From the NCBI GenBank assembly GCA_964481005.1, contig CAYZRY010000004.1:1-59008 (forward strand): a stretch of 59,008 nt of DNA. The letters are read 5' to 3'. The notes beneath the pieces were generated by a model, which did no database searches, had not been told where the DNA came from, and saw only the letters and a list, made by a program, of their open reading frames with translations. A program made the position numbers and the translations under genes. The stretch is from an uncultured Muribaculaceae bacterium. Its GTDB lineage: Bacteria; Bacillota_I; Bacilli_A; RF39; UBA660. Position 1 is the first letter of the stretch. Every line of letters starts with the position of its first letter. Shown piece after piece: positions 1 to 9,669 of this stretch.

Positions 1-40
1 GGTTTTGGAGACCTCTATTCTACCATTAAACTATTCTCCT
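1..40 (-). tRNA. tRNA-Trp(CCA), 5' part; 3' end lies outside the window
   Basis: Reverse complement AGGAGAA-TA-GTTTAATGGTAGAAT-A-GAGGT-CTCCAAA-ACC gives the acceptor 5' strand, D-arm and an anticodon loop with CCA. Confidence 0.9.
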
Positions 41-50
41 GTGCCATAAA

Positions 51-79
51 AGTATAGCATATTATCTGTTTTAAGTAAA
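51..79 (-). promoter_or_regulatory. sigma-A-type promoter of tRNA-Trp
   Basis: TTTACT-17 bp-TATACT with extended TG, 10 nt upstream of the tRNA. Confidence 0.7.
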
Positions 80-83
80 CTAT

Positions 84-1511
84 TTAATCGTTGTAATAGT
101 ATCTGTAATTTCCGTGATACTCACTGTGTATTTCTTTGATCTTTTGATAGTTTTCTTGTGATAAAGTTATTTTAGTTTTAATCGGTGATGATGTTCCAGC
201 ATAAAGAACTTTGTTTTTAATACCATCTGTAATTATTTTGTATATTTCTTTAAACTTTAAGTTGTTACCTACTGTGTATGTTACATGTTTGAATTTTTCA
301 TCTTTTGAATTTTCAATGTTACACTTAAGTGCTTCAAAACAAGTTACTTCGACAGTTATTCTATCTGCGTTATTATCTATAATTACTTCATTAGAAGCAT
401 TGTATAAAAAGTGCAGTACTAGATCATCACTGTAATCGTATACTTCGGTAACGGTTTTAGTTTTATAACTTTTTGAACTTGTGACATCTTCGATCTTATA
501 GGTTCCTAGTTCTGCTACTGTAAGACCCGTTCCTACTCCAACCATAACAAGACCAATCATAAACATAATAAATAGTCTAAATAAATTATTCTGTTTGTTG
601 AATAGTAACCTAAAGATTACTTCGATTACTAAGAATGTAATTAGTGCTCCCCCAGCAATAGCAAAAGCTATAGTTAGGAAAATTGTCCCACTTGATGAAA
701 CAACCAGTGATAAAGTGAAAGCCACAATTAGCAAGACAAATACCACTAGTATTGGTATTGCTAAGAAAGCAGCCATTACCTTGATGAAAATAAGCAAGAC
801 ATCTGCTAGCGAAGATATAAAGCTGTAACCACTATGTTTAGGATCTCTGATAATTACTTTTTCTTTTTTCTTTTCATAGATAAGATTACCTTGTTTATCT
901 TCTCTAATATTTTTATTCTCCCCAATTGGCTCTTCGACTGTCTTGGCAGCTACTTCATTATCTGAAACAGTAATGTAGTAATCTAAATATCTAATCTTAT
1001 ATAGATGAATAAATACTATCGTTGAAAGTACTAATGAAACGATACGATATATCGCCACAAAAACCGACATTACGGCATGTCTACCATATGGTAAAAAGTT
1101 AATTATTGGATATATTGCCTGCTTTGCAAGCGTTCCAATTATTTCAAACATTACTAGTAATATTATTGAAATAAAAATCATTTCAATAAGAAAAACTAAT
1201 TTATCTTTTAAACTCATTGACCATATCATATTATATGATCTGGTTATGAAATTTAAAAAATCTTTCATCACATCATTAAAACTAGATCTGGTATTTGTTT
1301 GTCCTTTAATTGTTCCATCGTCAAGTAGGTCTTCTAAAGTACAATCTAGAACTTTACAAATCTCCATAATTTTTTCCATGTCTGGATACGATGAGCCAGA
1401 CTCCCATTTTGAGACAGCTTGCCTAGACATATTTAGTCTATCTGCTAACTGCTCTTGTGAAAGATTATTCTCTTTCCTCTTCTTTGCTAATTTATCTGAA
1501 AATTTAGCCAT
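84..1511 (-). CDS. XRE-family HTH regulator fused to a multi-pass membrane domain
   Basis: N-terminal LSQEQLADRLNMSRQAVSKWESG HTH_3 motif and several hydrophobic helices; start moved to the ATG at 1511 after SD GAGGTG. Confidence 0.85.
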   Translation of the reverse strand: MAKFSDKLAKKRKENNLSQEQLADRLNMSRQAVSKWESGSSYPDMEKIMEICKVLDCTLEDLLDDGTIKGQTNTRSSFNDVMKDFLNFITRSYNMIWSMSLKDKLVFLIEMIFISIILLVMFEIIGTLAKQAIYPIINFLPYGRHAVMSVFVAIYRIVSLVLSTIVFIHLYKIRYLDYYITVSDNEVAAKTVEEPIGENKNIREDKQGNLIYEKKKEKVIIRDPKHSGYSFISSLADVLLIFIKVMAAFLAIPILVVFVLLIVAFTLSLVVSSSGTIFLTIAFAIAGGALITFLVIEVIFRLLFNKQNNLFRLFIMFMIGLVMVGVGTGLTVAELGTYKIEDVTSSKSYKTKTVTEVYDYSDDLVLHFLYNASNEVIIDNNADRITVEVTCFEALKCNIENSKDEKFKHVTYTVGNNLKFKEIYKIITDGIKNKVLYAGTSSPIKTKITLSQENYQKIKEIHSEYHGNYRYYYND

Positions 1512-1626
1512 TTTTCTCACCTCTGCCGAAATTATATCTCTTTTAATAGTGGTAGCACTATCGATTTTCACTATCTTTTTGTATAAATTCAGTTGCATTA
1601 ACAGTTTATCATATAAGTTGACAAAT

Positions 1627-1646
1627 AAAAAGCAGCTAGGCTGCTT
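1627..1646 (-). terminator. intrinsic terminator after htrA
   Basis: AAGCAGC-CTA-GCTGCTT hairpin followed by a T run on the minus strand. Confidence 0.65.
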
Positions 1647-2772
1647 AGTTTGCTTTTGTTAGTGATACTGTCGTAGTCTTAAGACTTTTATCACGCATAT
1701 ATGTGACTTTAATCTTATCGCCTGGACGATACTTATATAGAATATATTTTAAGTATGCCGGACTTTCAACTACTTGATCATCTATCATGGTGATGACATC
1801 ACCTTTTCTTAATTCTGATTTGCTTGCACCACTTCCATCGATAACTGATATTACAACGACACCACTTTCGATACTTGGATCTAAACTGATGCCACTTCGA
1901 GCTAGTTCTACTTTATTACTGACACTAGTTAGATTAATTCCAAGTAGTGGTCTATCGATTGCTTTACCTTTTTCAAGTTCGGTTGCATGAGCTAAAGCAT
2001 CTTCGATTTTAATAGCGAACCCCATTCCTTCGATAGTGTTATCAACTAATTTTAATGAGTTGACACCAATTACTTCGCCGCTGGCATTAAGTAGTGGTCC
2101 TCCACTATTACCTGGATTGATAGCAGCATCTACTTGGATAGCTTCCATAATCCAATCTTCACGCGAGTTTACTGATACTGTAAGTTTTCTATTCATTCCT
2201 GAAATTATCCCACTTGTAACAGTGTTGTAGTATTCTCCCCCAACTGGTGAACCAATCGCAAAAATAGTATCACCTAATTTGCTATCACTACTCTTTCCAA
2301 TTGGAGCTTGTTGAATAATATCTTTTTTATCTACCTGTAAGACAGCTATATCTAAATACTCATCGCTTCCTAACAGTTTAGCTGCCGCTTCTTTATCGTT
2401 TGCAAATCTGATATTTAATCCAGTTGCATCTTCGATAACGTGATGATTGGTCATAATATATCCGTATTTGTCATCCACTTTATAGACAAAGCCACTTCCT
2501 GATCCAGCAAAAGTCCCATTAGCATTACTTTCAATCATAACTACGGCGTTATAGACTCTTTCGATTGCTGTTGCTAAACCTTTATCTTTAACCATAACTT
2601 TATCGACATCTAAATTGCTTGTATTTAGCCCCGTTCCTGTCTGTGACAGTTTTTTAAGTCTATTGTCAATTATATAGTTACTTGCTAGAAAACTAGCTCC
2701 TACCCCCATTAAAAAGGCAAAGAGAGCTATTGTAGCAACTAATATTGCTATCTTCTTATTGTTGTTCTTCAT
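1645..2772 (-). CDS. htrA: HtrA/DegP-family serine protease (TM, trypsin domain, PDZ)
   Basis: GSGSG, TNHHV (His), DIAVL (Asp), AAINPGNSGGPL (Ser) and a C-terminal PDZ domain. Confidence 0.95.
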   Translation of the reverse strand: MKNNNKKIAILVATIALFAFLMGVGASFLASNYIIDNRLKKLSQTGTGLNTSNLDVDKVMVKDKGLATAIERVYNAVVMIESNANGTFAGSGSGFVYKVDDKYGYIMTNHHVIEDATGLNIRFANDKEAAAKLLGSDEYLDIAVLQVDKKDIIQQAPIGKSSDSKLGDTIFAIGSPVGGEYYNTVTSGIISGMNRKLTVSVNSREDWIMEAIQVDAAINPGNSGGPLLNASGEVIGVNSLKLVDNTIEGMGFAIKIEDALAHATELEKGKAIDRPLLGINLTSVSNKVELARSGISLDPSIESGVVVISVIDGSGASKSELRKGDVITMIDDQVVESPAYLKYILYKYRPGDKIKVTYMRDKSLKTTTVSLTKAN

Positions 2773-3718
2773 ATTCTATCTCCTTTTTCTCTATATCAGC
2801 TATTTCTTTCCAATTATTTGGAAATCCCATTCTTCTTAATACAGATTCTATTTTAATACTTTTAACATTGTAATCTAAATTATCAAGAGCTCTATCTATT
2901 TCAATAACTAAATTCTTAGATTCAGCCTTAGTTAAAAATTGTCTGATTATAATTATCAAAGCAAATAGATCATTCTTCCCTTGTGTATATTCATCATTTT
3001 CTTTAGGTATGGCAAGCAATCTATGATAAATAGTATCATCAACTATTCTTTGTGTTCTATTTTCAAACAAAATATCCTCGTGCGCACAAAGATTTCGATA
3101 GTTAGCTAAAATAGGTAAATAATTTACCATGACATTTGCATCTATATTATATATTTTAGCTATCGCCATACGATCTTCTAATTTGAGAATCGAATACATC
3201 TCACTAACTATTCCGAACGATAAGACCTTCACCAAAACCCAAAGTGGTATATAACCATAGTTATTGATGTAGTGACTTGTCGCTGAATGTTGTGTCCCAT
3301 TGATTCTAACTTGTCTTTTCATCTTCTTTAATAGATCGTTAATCTGCCTTTGTTTAGCAGGATTCTTATCAAAGTTTGATGGTTTTAAATAATCTTTTTC
3401 TTTGTATCCATATTTCCTAGAAAGTTGGTAAGATATGATTGATTTCATATTATTTTCAATAATCAGTAAATGTTTAAAGATGATATTCCTAAATTGTCTA
3501 TCAAATAAAAATAGACTATACTGTTCCTCAAAATGGACATTAGGTAGATATCTCTTATCAGTTTGACTTTCAACAAATAAATGTCTATATCCATTCAAAA
3601 AGAAATAGTTCTCTCGAAGAAGAGTATCTTTAGCGAAGATTTCATCTTCGATTATCATACCTCTCGCTTTAAGAATTTCGATTTGTTCGTCTAGATTCCT
3701 AAATCTTTTTACTTTCAT
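2756..3718 (-). CDS. Abi_2 (AbiD/AbiF-like) family HEPN protein
   Basis: EQIEILKARGM, NYFFLNGY, LFLFDRQFRNII, PLWVLVKVLSFG and HEPN RxxxxH motif RNLCAH. Confidence 0.85.
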   Translation of the reverse strand: MKVKRFRNLDEQIEILKARGMIIEDEIFAKDTLLRENYFFLNGYRHLFVESQTDKRYLPNVHFEEQYSLFLFDRQFRNIIFKHLLIIENNMKSIISYQLSRKYGYKEKDYLKPSNFDKNPAKQRQINDLLKKMKRQVRINGTQHSATSHYINNYGYIPLWVLVKVLSFGIVSEMYSILKLEDRMAIAKIYNIDANVMVNYLPILANYRNLCAHEDILFENRTQRIVDDTIYHRLLAIPKENDEYTQGKNDLFALIIIIRQFLTKAESKNLVIEIDRALDNLDYNVKSIKIESVLRRMGFPNNWKEIADIEKKEIEYEEQQ

Positions 3719-3840
3719 ATTCTCACCTATTATAGATTATATCACACTTAGCTATATGATAGATATTATATTTTATGAAATTATGTCTAAAAAATATGGT
3801 ATAATTGTTACATAAATAACTTAGAAAATGGAGGTGTAAT

Positions 3841-4815
3841 ATGGCTACTACCGCAACACATGCGCGAATTATTGAGGAAGTTTATGAAAGTTTCAGTGAT
3901 GAAAAACAAGGTTTTTTACTAGATAACATCAATGATTTAAAAACTTTTGCTCAAAGTATGGATTCTTTTTACTTCTATAAACTTTATTCTTTTTCTAAGA
4001 AGAACCAACAGACAAGAAAAACTGCTAGTAGATTTCACACTACTTATATAAATGATTTTTTTGTAACGATGATTGAGTATATTAAGTTCAAAGGATATGA
4101 AGAAGTACCACAGGTCATAGCTTTTCTATATGGTACTATCTCTCACTTTGCTACTGATTCAACAATGCACCCATATATCGTCTATAAAACTGGTCAATTT
4201 AGAAAAAAACGTAAAGCTTCATGGAAATACAATGGACTACATCATGATCTTGAGATGAATTTTGATAGACATATCATTGAAAAAGTACTTAGAAAAAATC
4301 CATTTAAATATAAATTCTTTTCATTCTTCATAAATGATTTAGGTCCAGAACTAACCGATGTGTTAAACCATACATTTAGAGAAGTATTTGGAATTAGTAA
4401 TTTTGCTAAAAAATATCGAAAGAGTCTCAAAGATATGAAGTTCTTCTTAAGATTTTTAAGATATGATCCACACGGCATTAAACTATTATTCTACCGCTTT
4501 GGAAATCTGTTTCGAAGAGGGAGAATGGATCTTAGAATAATCTCATATAAATATCATAGTTATCGTGAAAGAGATTACTTCAATGTCGATAAAATGGAGT
4601 GGAACTATCCGACTGATAACACTATCAAGTCAAATAAAAGTATGTTTGAACTATATGACGATTCAATTAAGAAAACTAAAAATATTATCAAAGAAGTCGA
4701 TAAATATTTATATAAAAATAAAAAGATGGAACTTGAAGAACTATTCGATGATTTATCATATTCAACTGGAGTCGACTGGAAGAAAAAAGAGAAAGCTATT
4801 TTCTTTTCATTCTAA
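3841..4815 (+). CDS. Zinc-dependent phospholipase C-like family protein
   Basis: N-terminal TH, RFH, SHFATDSTMHPY and HHDLE metal-ligand pattern; SD GGAGGTG. Confidence 0.75.
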   Translation: MATTATHARIIEEVYESFSDEKQGFLLDNINDLKTFAQSMDSFYFYKLYSFSKKNQQTRKTASRFHTTYINDFFVTMIEYIKFKGYEEVPQVIAFLYGTISHFATDSTMHPYIVYKTGQFRKKRKASWKYNGLHHDLEMNFDRHIIEKVLRKNPFKYKFFSFFINDLGPELTDVLNHTFREVFGISNFAKKYRKSLKDMKFFLRFLRYDPHGIKLLFYRFGNLFRRGRMDLRIISYKYHSYRERDYFNVDKMEWNYPTDNTIKSNKSMFELYDDSIKKTKNIIKEVDKYLYKNKKMELEELFDDLSYSTGVDWKKKEKAIFFSF

Positions 4816-4821
4816 ACAAAG

Positions 4822-4852
4822 AAAAAAACCATTTATTACTAAATGGTTTTTT
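4822..4852. terminator. bidirectional terminator between convergent genes
   Basis: AAAAAAACCATTTA-TTAC-TAAATGGTTTTTT. Confidence 0.85.
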
Positions 4853-4862
4853 ATTATGCTCA

Positions 4863-5288
4863 TTAACGTTTAGAGAACTGTGGAGCCTTACGAGCTTTCT
4901 TAAGCCCTGGCTTTTTACGCTCTTTAATACGAGAATCACGTGTGATAAATCCTGCTGGTTTTAGGACTTTTCTGAAACTATTTTCAGAATCCTTTGGAGT
5001 ATTAGCATCGTAAGCAAGAAGTGCTTTAGCGATACCTAATCTAATTGCTCCAGTTTGTCCTGAGTAACCTCCACCTTTAACTTCAGCATAGACATCAAAT
5101 TGCTTATCAGTCTTAGTGAATTCTAATGGTTGTTTAAGGTCCATAACTAGTGTTTGGTATGGAAGATATTCATTTACATCTTTACCATTTACAAAGATTT
5201 TACCAGTTCCTGGAACTAGTTTAACCTTAGCAATACTAAGTTTTCTTTTACCAGTACCATAGTACTCGTTAACTTTTTCCTTAGCCAT
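4863..5288 (-). CDS. rpsI: 30S ribosomal protein S9
   Basis: [15 protein letters not shown]-terminal [10 protein letters not shown]. Confidence 0.98.
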   Translation of the reverse strand: MAKEKVNEYYGTGKRKLSIAKVKLVPGTGKIFVNGKDVNEYLPYQTLVMDLKQPLEFTKTDKQFDVYAEVKGGGYSGQTGAIRLGIAKALLAYDANTPKDSENSFRKVLKPAGFITRDSRIKERKKPGLKKARKAPQFSKR

Positions 5289-5719
5289 TATTTAACCTCC
5301 ATAACTTCTGGTTTCTGTGCTGCATGAGGATGCTCACTACCTGTATAGACAAATAACTTTGTATACATTTTTCTACCTAAACGGTTCTTTGGAAGCATTC
5401 CTTTGATAGCCTTTTCAACCATCTCTACTGGATATTTTTCTTTCATTACACGAGCAGATCTTGTTCTAAGACCACCTGCATATTGAGAGTGGTTATAGTA
5501 CATCTTATCGTCTAATTTATTTCCAGTAAGATTAACTTTTTCAGCATTGATCACAATTACATAATCTCCACAGTCGATGTGTGGTGTATAAGTCGCTTTA
5601 TGCTTTCCGCGCAATACAGTAGCAGCTTTTGTAGCTAATCTACCAAGAATTGCATCTTCAGCATCAATGACAAACCACTTACGGTCAACTGTTTCATTTT
5701 TTTGCATAAAACTATTCAT
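5288..5719 (-). CDS. rplM: 50S ribosomal protein L13
   Basis: [27 protein letters not shown]; start at 5719 after SD AGGAG. Confidence 0.98.
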   Translation of the reverse strand: MNSFMQKNETVDRKWFVIDAEDAILGRLATKAATVLRGKHKATYTPHIDCGDYVIVINAEKVNLTGNKLDDKMYYNHSQYAGGLRTRSARVMKEKYPVEMVEKAIKGMLPKNRLGRKMYTKLFVYTGSEHPHAAQKPEVMEVK

Positions 5720-5790
5720 TATTTTCTCCTTCTTAAGCACTGCTCGGAAACTGCAGGCTCATATTGGGATATGTACCGATTAAGATTATA
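5720..5790 (-). promoter_or_regulatory. rplM promoter and structured 5' leader (possible L13 leader)
   Basis: TATAAT at 5785-5790; GC-rich leader with small stems (CTGC/GCAG); position matches the Firmicutes L13 leader. Confidence 0.4.
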
Positions 5791-5853
5791 CTAAACATTG
5801 GGGTTTTAGTCAATCTTTTTATACATAAAAAAGAGACATTTAGCTCTTTATTT

Positions 5854-6582
5854 TTAATATATAACTTCGCTCAAATATAGTCCATTTGCCTTAGCTGTAT
5901 AAGTACTAATTTCTTCTTTGTTTTCAAGCATTCGAGCTACTTCGCTAGGGTCTAATTTAGACTCCCCTATTTTGATCAAAGTTCCAACCATATTACGAAC
6001 TTGATACTTCATGAAACCATTGCCGCGAAAAGTGATTTTTATAATATCACTCTCCTGACTGATTTCAGCCAAAGTAATTGTTTTAACATAACTATCACGA
6101 ACATCTTGATTAGAGACAAAATTTTTAAAATCGTGCTTCCCAAGAAATAATTTGATGGCTTTTTTCATCTTCGTTATATCAAGTGGTCTTCCGTACTGAT
6201 AGATATGGTGACGATCAAAAACAGAATATTCACCACAATTGATGTAATATGTATAGATTTTTTCTTTAACACTGAATCTAGCATGAAAATCATCGCTTAC
6301 TTCTTCACAAGAAATTACATGAATATCTTCAGGTAAATAACTATTAAGGGCTCTCTTTAGCTTATCCATCGTTATCTTAACATTTAAATCAAAGTGAGCA
6401 ACTTGTCCTTTGGCATGAACACCACGGTCTGTTCTTCCTGATGATGCAAACTTTGTTTTCCTTTTATTGTTGATATCAAATAAAACTTCTTCAAAAGATG
6501 ATTCGACACTTCTTAGTTTTGGCTGCTTCTGCAAACCATAGAAAAGAGCTCCATCATATGCATAGACTATCTTAATTCTCAT
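5854..6582 (-). CDS. truA: tRNA pseudouridine(38-40) synthase
   Basis: GRTDRGVHA with catalytic Asp, FHARF, GFMKYQVRNMVG. Confidence 0.97.
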   Translation of the reverse strand: MRIKIVYAYDGALFYGLQKQPKLRSVESSFEEVLFDINNKRKTKFASSGRTDRGVHAKGQVAHFDLNVKITMDKLKRALNSYLPEDIHVISCEEVSDDFHARFSVKEKIYTYYINCGEYSVFDRHHIYQYGRPLDITKMKKAIKLFLGKHDFKNFVSNQDVRDSYVKTITLAEISQESDIIKITFRGNGFMKYQVRNMVGTLIKIGESKLDPSEVARMLENKEEISTYTAKANGLYLSEVIY

Positions 6583-7217
6583 CCAAACCTCATAAATAAT
6601 GACAATAGTAGTGCAAAGACAAAGACAGCGAAATAGATATTATCTTCATTGGTCCAAACCGATTTAACAACCGTTTCTTTAACCTTTTCATGATAACTTC
6701 CAAATCTCAAACGATCGACAATATATTTATAGTTTGATTCATACTTTAACTTTTTAACTGCCTCTTCTTTTAAGTACATCTTATATTTTTTGCGCTCATT
6801 TTTATCTAGTGCATATTTATATATTAGAGAATTATCAAATTCAATTGTATCCATAAGTTCATTTTTATAGCATCTTCCGATAAGCTTTTGTTTATCGAGA
6901 AGTCTATTATTATTTACAAAACTGTATATATATCTTTTTTCTTCGCTAGACAGTGCATTTTCAATTGTAATAAGAAAGAAAATAAATAGAATTATCTTGT
7001 ATATTACTATAACAATAAATGAATTAGGTAAAATAAATGATATCAAGAAAAATAATGTCGATATGATAATATTTCTATTGTTCCCTGTAACAAAGGCAAC
7101 GATTAGAACTAGTAGTGATGGCAAGAACATCATTTGATTACTAGGTAATATCAATAGAATAATAAACAAAATAATTACGGAAATAACTTTATTTATAAAA
7201 CTTATTTTATTAAACAT
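6579..7217 (-). CDS. divergent EcfT-like membrane protein
   Basis: Occupies the ecfT position; N-terminal TM helices, a charged helical region and a C-terminal WxxxD plus TM; ARG motifs not recognisable. Confidence 0.5.
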   Translation of the reverse strand: MFNKISFINKVISVIILFIILLILPSNQMMFLPSLLVLIVAFVTGNNRNIIISTLFFLISFILPNSFIVIVIYKIILFIFFLITIENALSSEEKRYIYSFVNNNRLLDKQKLIGRCYKNELMDTIEFDNSLIYKYALDKNERKKYKMYLKEEAVKKLKYESNYKYIVDRLRFGSYHEKVKETVVKSVWTNEDNIYFAVFVFALLLSLFMRFG

Positions 7218-7998
7218 GTTTATACACATCCTTTATGATATCTCTAACATCTTTATGAAAAGATAATTTAACTTTTTTGGCTCTAGCTAAATGGGTAATA
7301 AGTGGTAAGCTTGGAGCTTTAATTTGTTTATCTTTCAAGACGCTTTCACTACTATAGACCTTGTCAGTTGGACCAAAACGATCGCTTCTTGCACCGACAA
7401 AGATTAGTGTGATATCACTGTAATCATAGACGTTATTCGGATCTTTTGAATAGAAAACGACTATTTTATTAGACTCTCTAAGGTTGTTCATAATTGATAT
7501 TAATTTCTTAGTATTGTTCTTATCTAGTGATTTAAATATATCGCCAATTAATACTACTTGTGGATCAAAGAACAAGTTAAGAGCAATTGATACGAGTATC
7601 TTTTCACTACTTGATAAACTCTCAATTTCACGAGTTACGTAAGATTCATCAAGTCCCACTAGGAAAAGTAGGTTATTCATTTTAGTTTTGAACATGTCAT
7701 TTTTATATACTCGGTAGTTACTGGTAAATTTAAATTCATCATACACGGTTTTACTGTAGAAACTATAGTTCTCAGATATGTATGCGACTGTCTGTGGATA
7801 TTGCTTGTAGAAATCTTCACTAATCTCATGACTATTTATTACAAAGCGTCCTGAAGTTCTGACTATATCACCATTTAATAAATCCATTAAATAGAGGCCT
7901 GCTACACCCGTTATACCGGTTATAGTTCCACTTTCAAAGTGACAGTTAACATTTTCAAGATATCTTCCGAAAGCTAAATCTTTAATAATTATTTCCAT
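7210..7998 (-). CDS. EcfA2-like ABC ATPase-fold protein with degenerate motifs
   Basis: ABC fold (TVYDEF, LVGLDESY, LSSSEK, FKSLD) in the ecfA2 position; Walker A Lys absent. Confidence 0.75.
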   Translation of the reverse strand: MEIIIKDLAFGRYLENVNCHFESGTITGITGVAGLYLMDLLNGDIVRTSGRFVINSHEISEDFYKQYPQTVAYISENYSFYSKTVYDEFKFTSNYRVYKNDMFKTKMNNLLFLVGLDESYVTREIESLSSSEKILVSIALNLFFDPQVVLIGDIFKSLDKNNTKKLISIMNNLRESNKIVVFYSKDPNNVYDYSDITLIFVGARSDRFGPTDKVYSSESVLKDKQIKAPSLPLITHLARAKKVKLSFHKDVRDIIKDVYKHV

Positions 7999-8798
7999 AA
8001 TTTTTTCACCATCGCTTTCTCATCAGTAATGATTTTATCGAGTAGTTCATAAAACTGAAGCTTTAATGACATATCGATCATTTTTGGAATGACAATTCCT
8101 GCTTTAGCTAGGCGGTTATCCTTAGCAGCTACTTCTTCAAAGCTTCCTTCAAGTGATATTTTAGCTTTATCTAGCAAAATAACTCTGTCAGCATACAAAC
8201 TATCACCCAAGTTGCTCGAAGTTGTTATGATAGCTATTTCAAAAAGCGTTGCCATTTTTCTAAGCAGTTGATTTAAGACTCTTCCTTCACTATCACTAAC
8301 TCTTTTAAATACGTCATCGACATATATTATCTTAGGATCATGTACTAGAGCTACGGCCATTAGCACACGAGCCTTTTCAAAATTACCAAGATCTTCGATT
8401 TTTTCATCTAGAATATTTGTAATATCTAATTCATCAGCAATAAAAGCTGTTTTTTCTTCAATTTTCTTTTTAGAAAAGCGCAAGTTCTTTAATACATTTC
8501 TAAGTTCCTCGCGCGGACTATCACTCAGGAACTGCCTATCTAAATCATCAAGTACTAAACCCATGCTTCGTAAATACTTACGACCATTTTTCCTGTTTAA
8601 AACTATTTTATTAAGCTCAATATTGTTATCACTAGGTAATAAACCGGCTAAAAGTTTAATTAGTGTTGTTTTACCACTATTATTTGAACCTAAAAAAGAT
8701 ATAAATTCCCCCTTCTTAACGTTAAAGCTCAGTTTACTTAACATAACTTTATCATTATAAGAAAAATTTAGATCTTTTACTTCTAATAAAATCCCCAT
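7989..8798 (-). CDS. EcfA1-like ABC ATPase-fold protein with degenerate motifs
   Basis: Walker A GSNNSGKTT, DRQF and an EcfA-type C-terminus ending LWK; catalytic motifs altered. Confidence 0.8.
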   Translation of the reverse strand: MGILLEVKDLNFSYNDKVMLSKLSFNVKKGEFISFLGSNNSGKTTLIKLLAGLLPSDNNIELNKIVLNRKNGRKYLRSMGLVLDDLDRQFLSDSPREELRNVLKNLRFSKKKIEEKTAFIADELDITNILDEKIEDLGNFEKARVLMAVALVHDPKIIYVDDVFKRVSDSEGRVLNQLLRKMATLFEIAIITTSSNLGDSLYADRVILLDKAKISLEGSFEEVAAKDNRLAKAGIVIPKMIDMSLKLQFYELLDKIITDEKAMVKKLWK

Positions 8799-8856
8799 AT
8801 AACCACCCTCTTAGGCATTATTATACACTATATGTCTTTATTTACATAGGGGGAAA

Positions 8857-9609
8857 TTAATTTTGTTTTCTTCTTTGTATTTTATAGGTAACTCTAGCGG
8901 CTAGACTAGCTGGGATAAGCTTTGAAAAGAATCTTAATATCTTCATATTCGTTCCTGGAACGATGACAGCCTTCTTTTTAAACATCTTATCGATAGCATA
9001 TCTAGCAACAATGTCTGCTTCCATCGGCTTAACGGCAAACTCGACATTGGCACGCTTATTGAAGTTTGTTCTAACAGGTCCGGGGCAAAGAACTGAAATA
9101 CTGACAGATGATTTCTCACGACGAAGTTCTTCTCTAATAGCCTGGCTGATTCTAAGGACATAAGCCTTTGAACCATAGTATGCAGCCATCAACGGACCAG
9201 GCTGAAAAGCAGCACTCGAAGCAACATTTAGTATATAGCCACTATTTTTCTTCTTCATTTCTTTTAGGAAGAGTTTAGTAAGTACATGAACAGCTTTAAT
9301 ATTGACATCGAGCATATCTAGTTCATTAGCTAAATCAGTATCTTCGAACTTGCCAAAAACACCAAAACCGGCGTTATTGATTAAGATATCGACATTTTCA
9401 CTACGACAGAGGACATATACCTCTTTTAATTTATTTTCTATTGAAAGATCAGCGACAATTACTTTGACATCTACTTTGAACTTTTCTTGCATCTCTTGCA
9501 TCTTTTCTTTATCACGACCAACAAGTATTAAATCGTGACCTAGTTCATTTAAATATGATGCCATTTCATAGCCAATACCAGACGAAGCTCCAGTAATTAG
9601 TGCTTTCAT
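8857..9609 (-). CDS. short-chain dehydrogenase/reductase
   Basis: TGASSGIG, NNAG, YYGSK (YxxxK), CPGPV. Confidence 0.95.
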   Translation of the reverse strand: MKALITGASSGIGYEMASYLNELGHDLILVGRDKEKMQEMQEKFKVDVKVIVADLSIENKLKEVYVLCRSENVDILINNAGFGVFGKFEDTDLANELDMLDVNIKAVHVLTKLFLKEMKKKNSGYILNVASSAAFQPGPLMAAYYGSKAYVLRISQAIREELRREKSSVSISVLCPGPVRTNFNKRANVEFAVKPMEADIVARYAIDKMFKKKAVIVPGTNMKILRFFSKLIPASLAARVTYKIQRRKQN

Positions 9610-9644
9610 ATTACCATCTCCATATCATCATTATAGCATAGGAA

Positions 9645-9664
9645 AAGTGCTATTTCTAGCACTT
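9645..9664 (-). terminator. intrinsic terminator
   Basis: AAGTGCTA-GAAA-TAGCACTT followed by TT. Confidence 0.55.
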
Positions 9665-9669
9665 AAATC

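Noticed and set aside
3719-3840. Possible AbiF-type antitoxin ncRNA upstream of the Abi gene
   Set aside because: The spacer is very AT-rich, has no strong hairpin or repeat, and is accounted for by two divergent extended -10 promoters and SD sites
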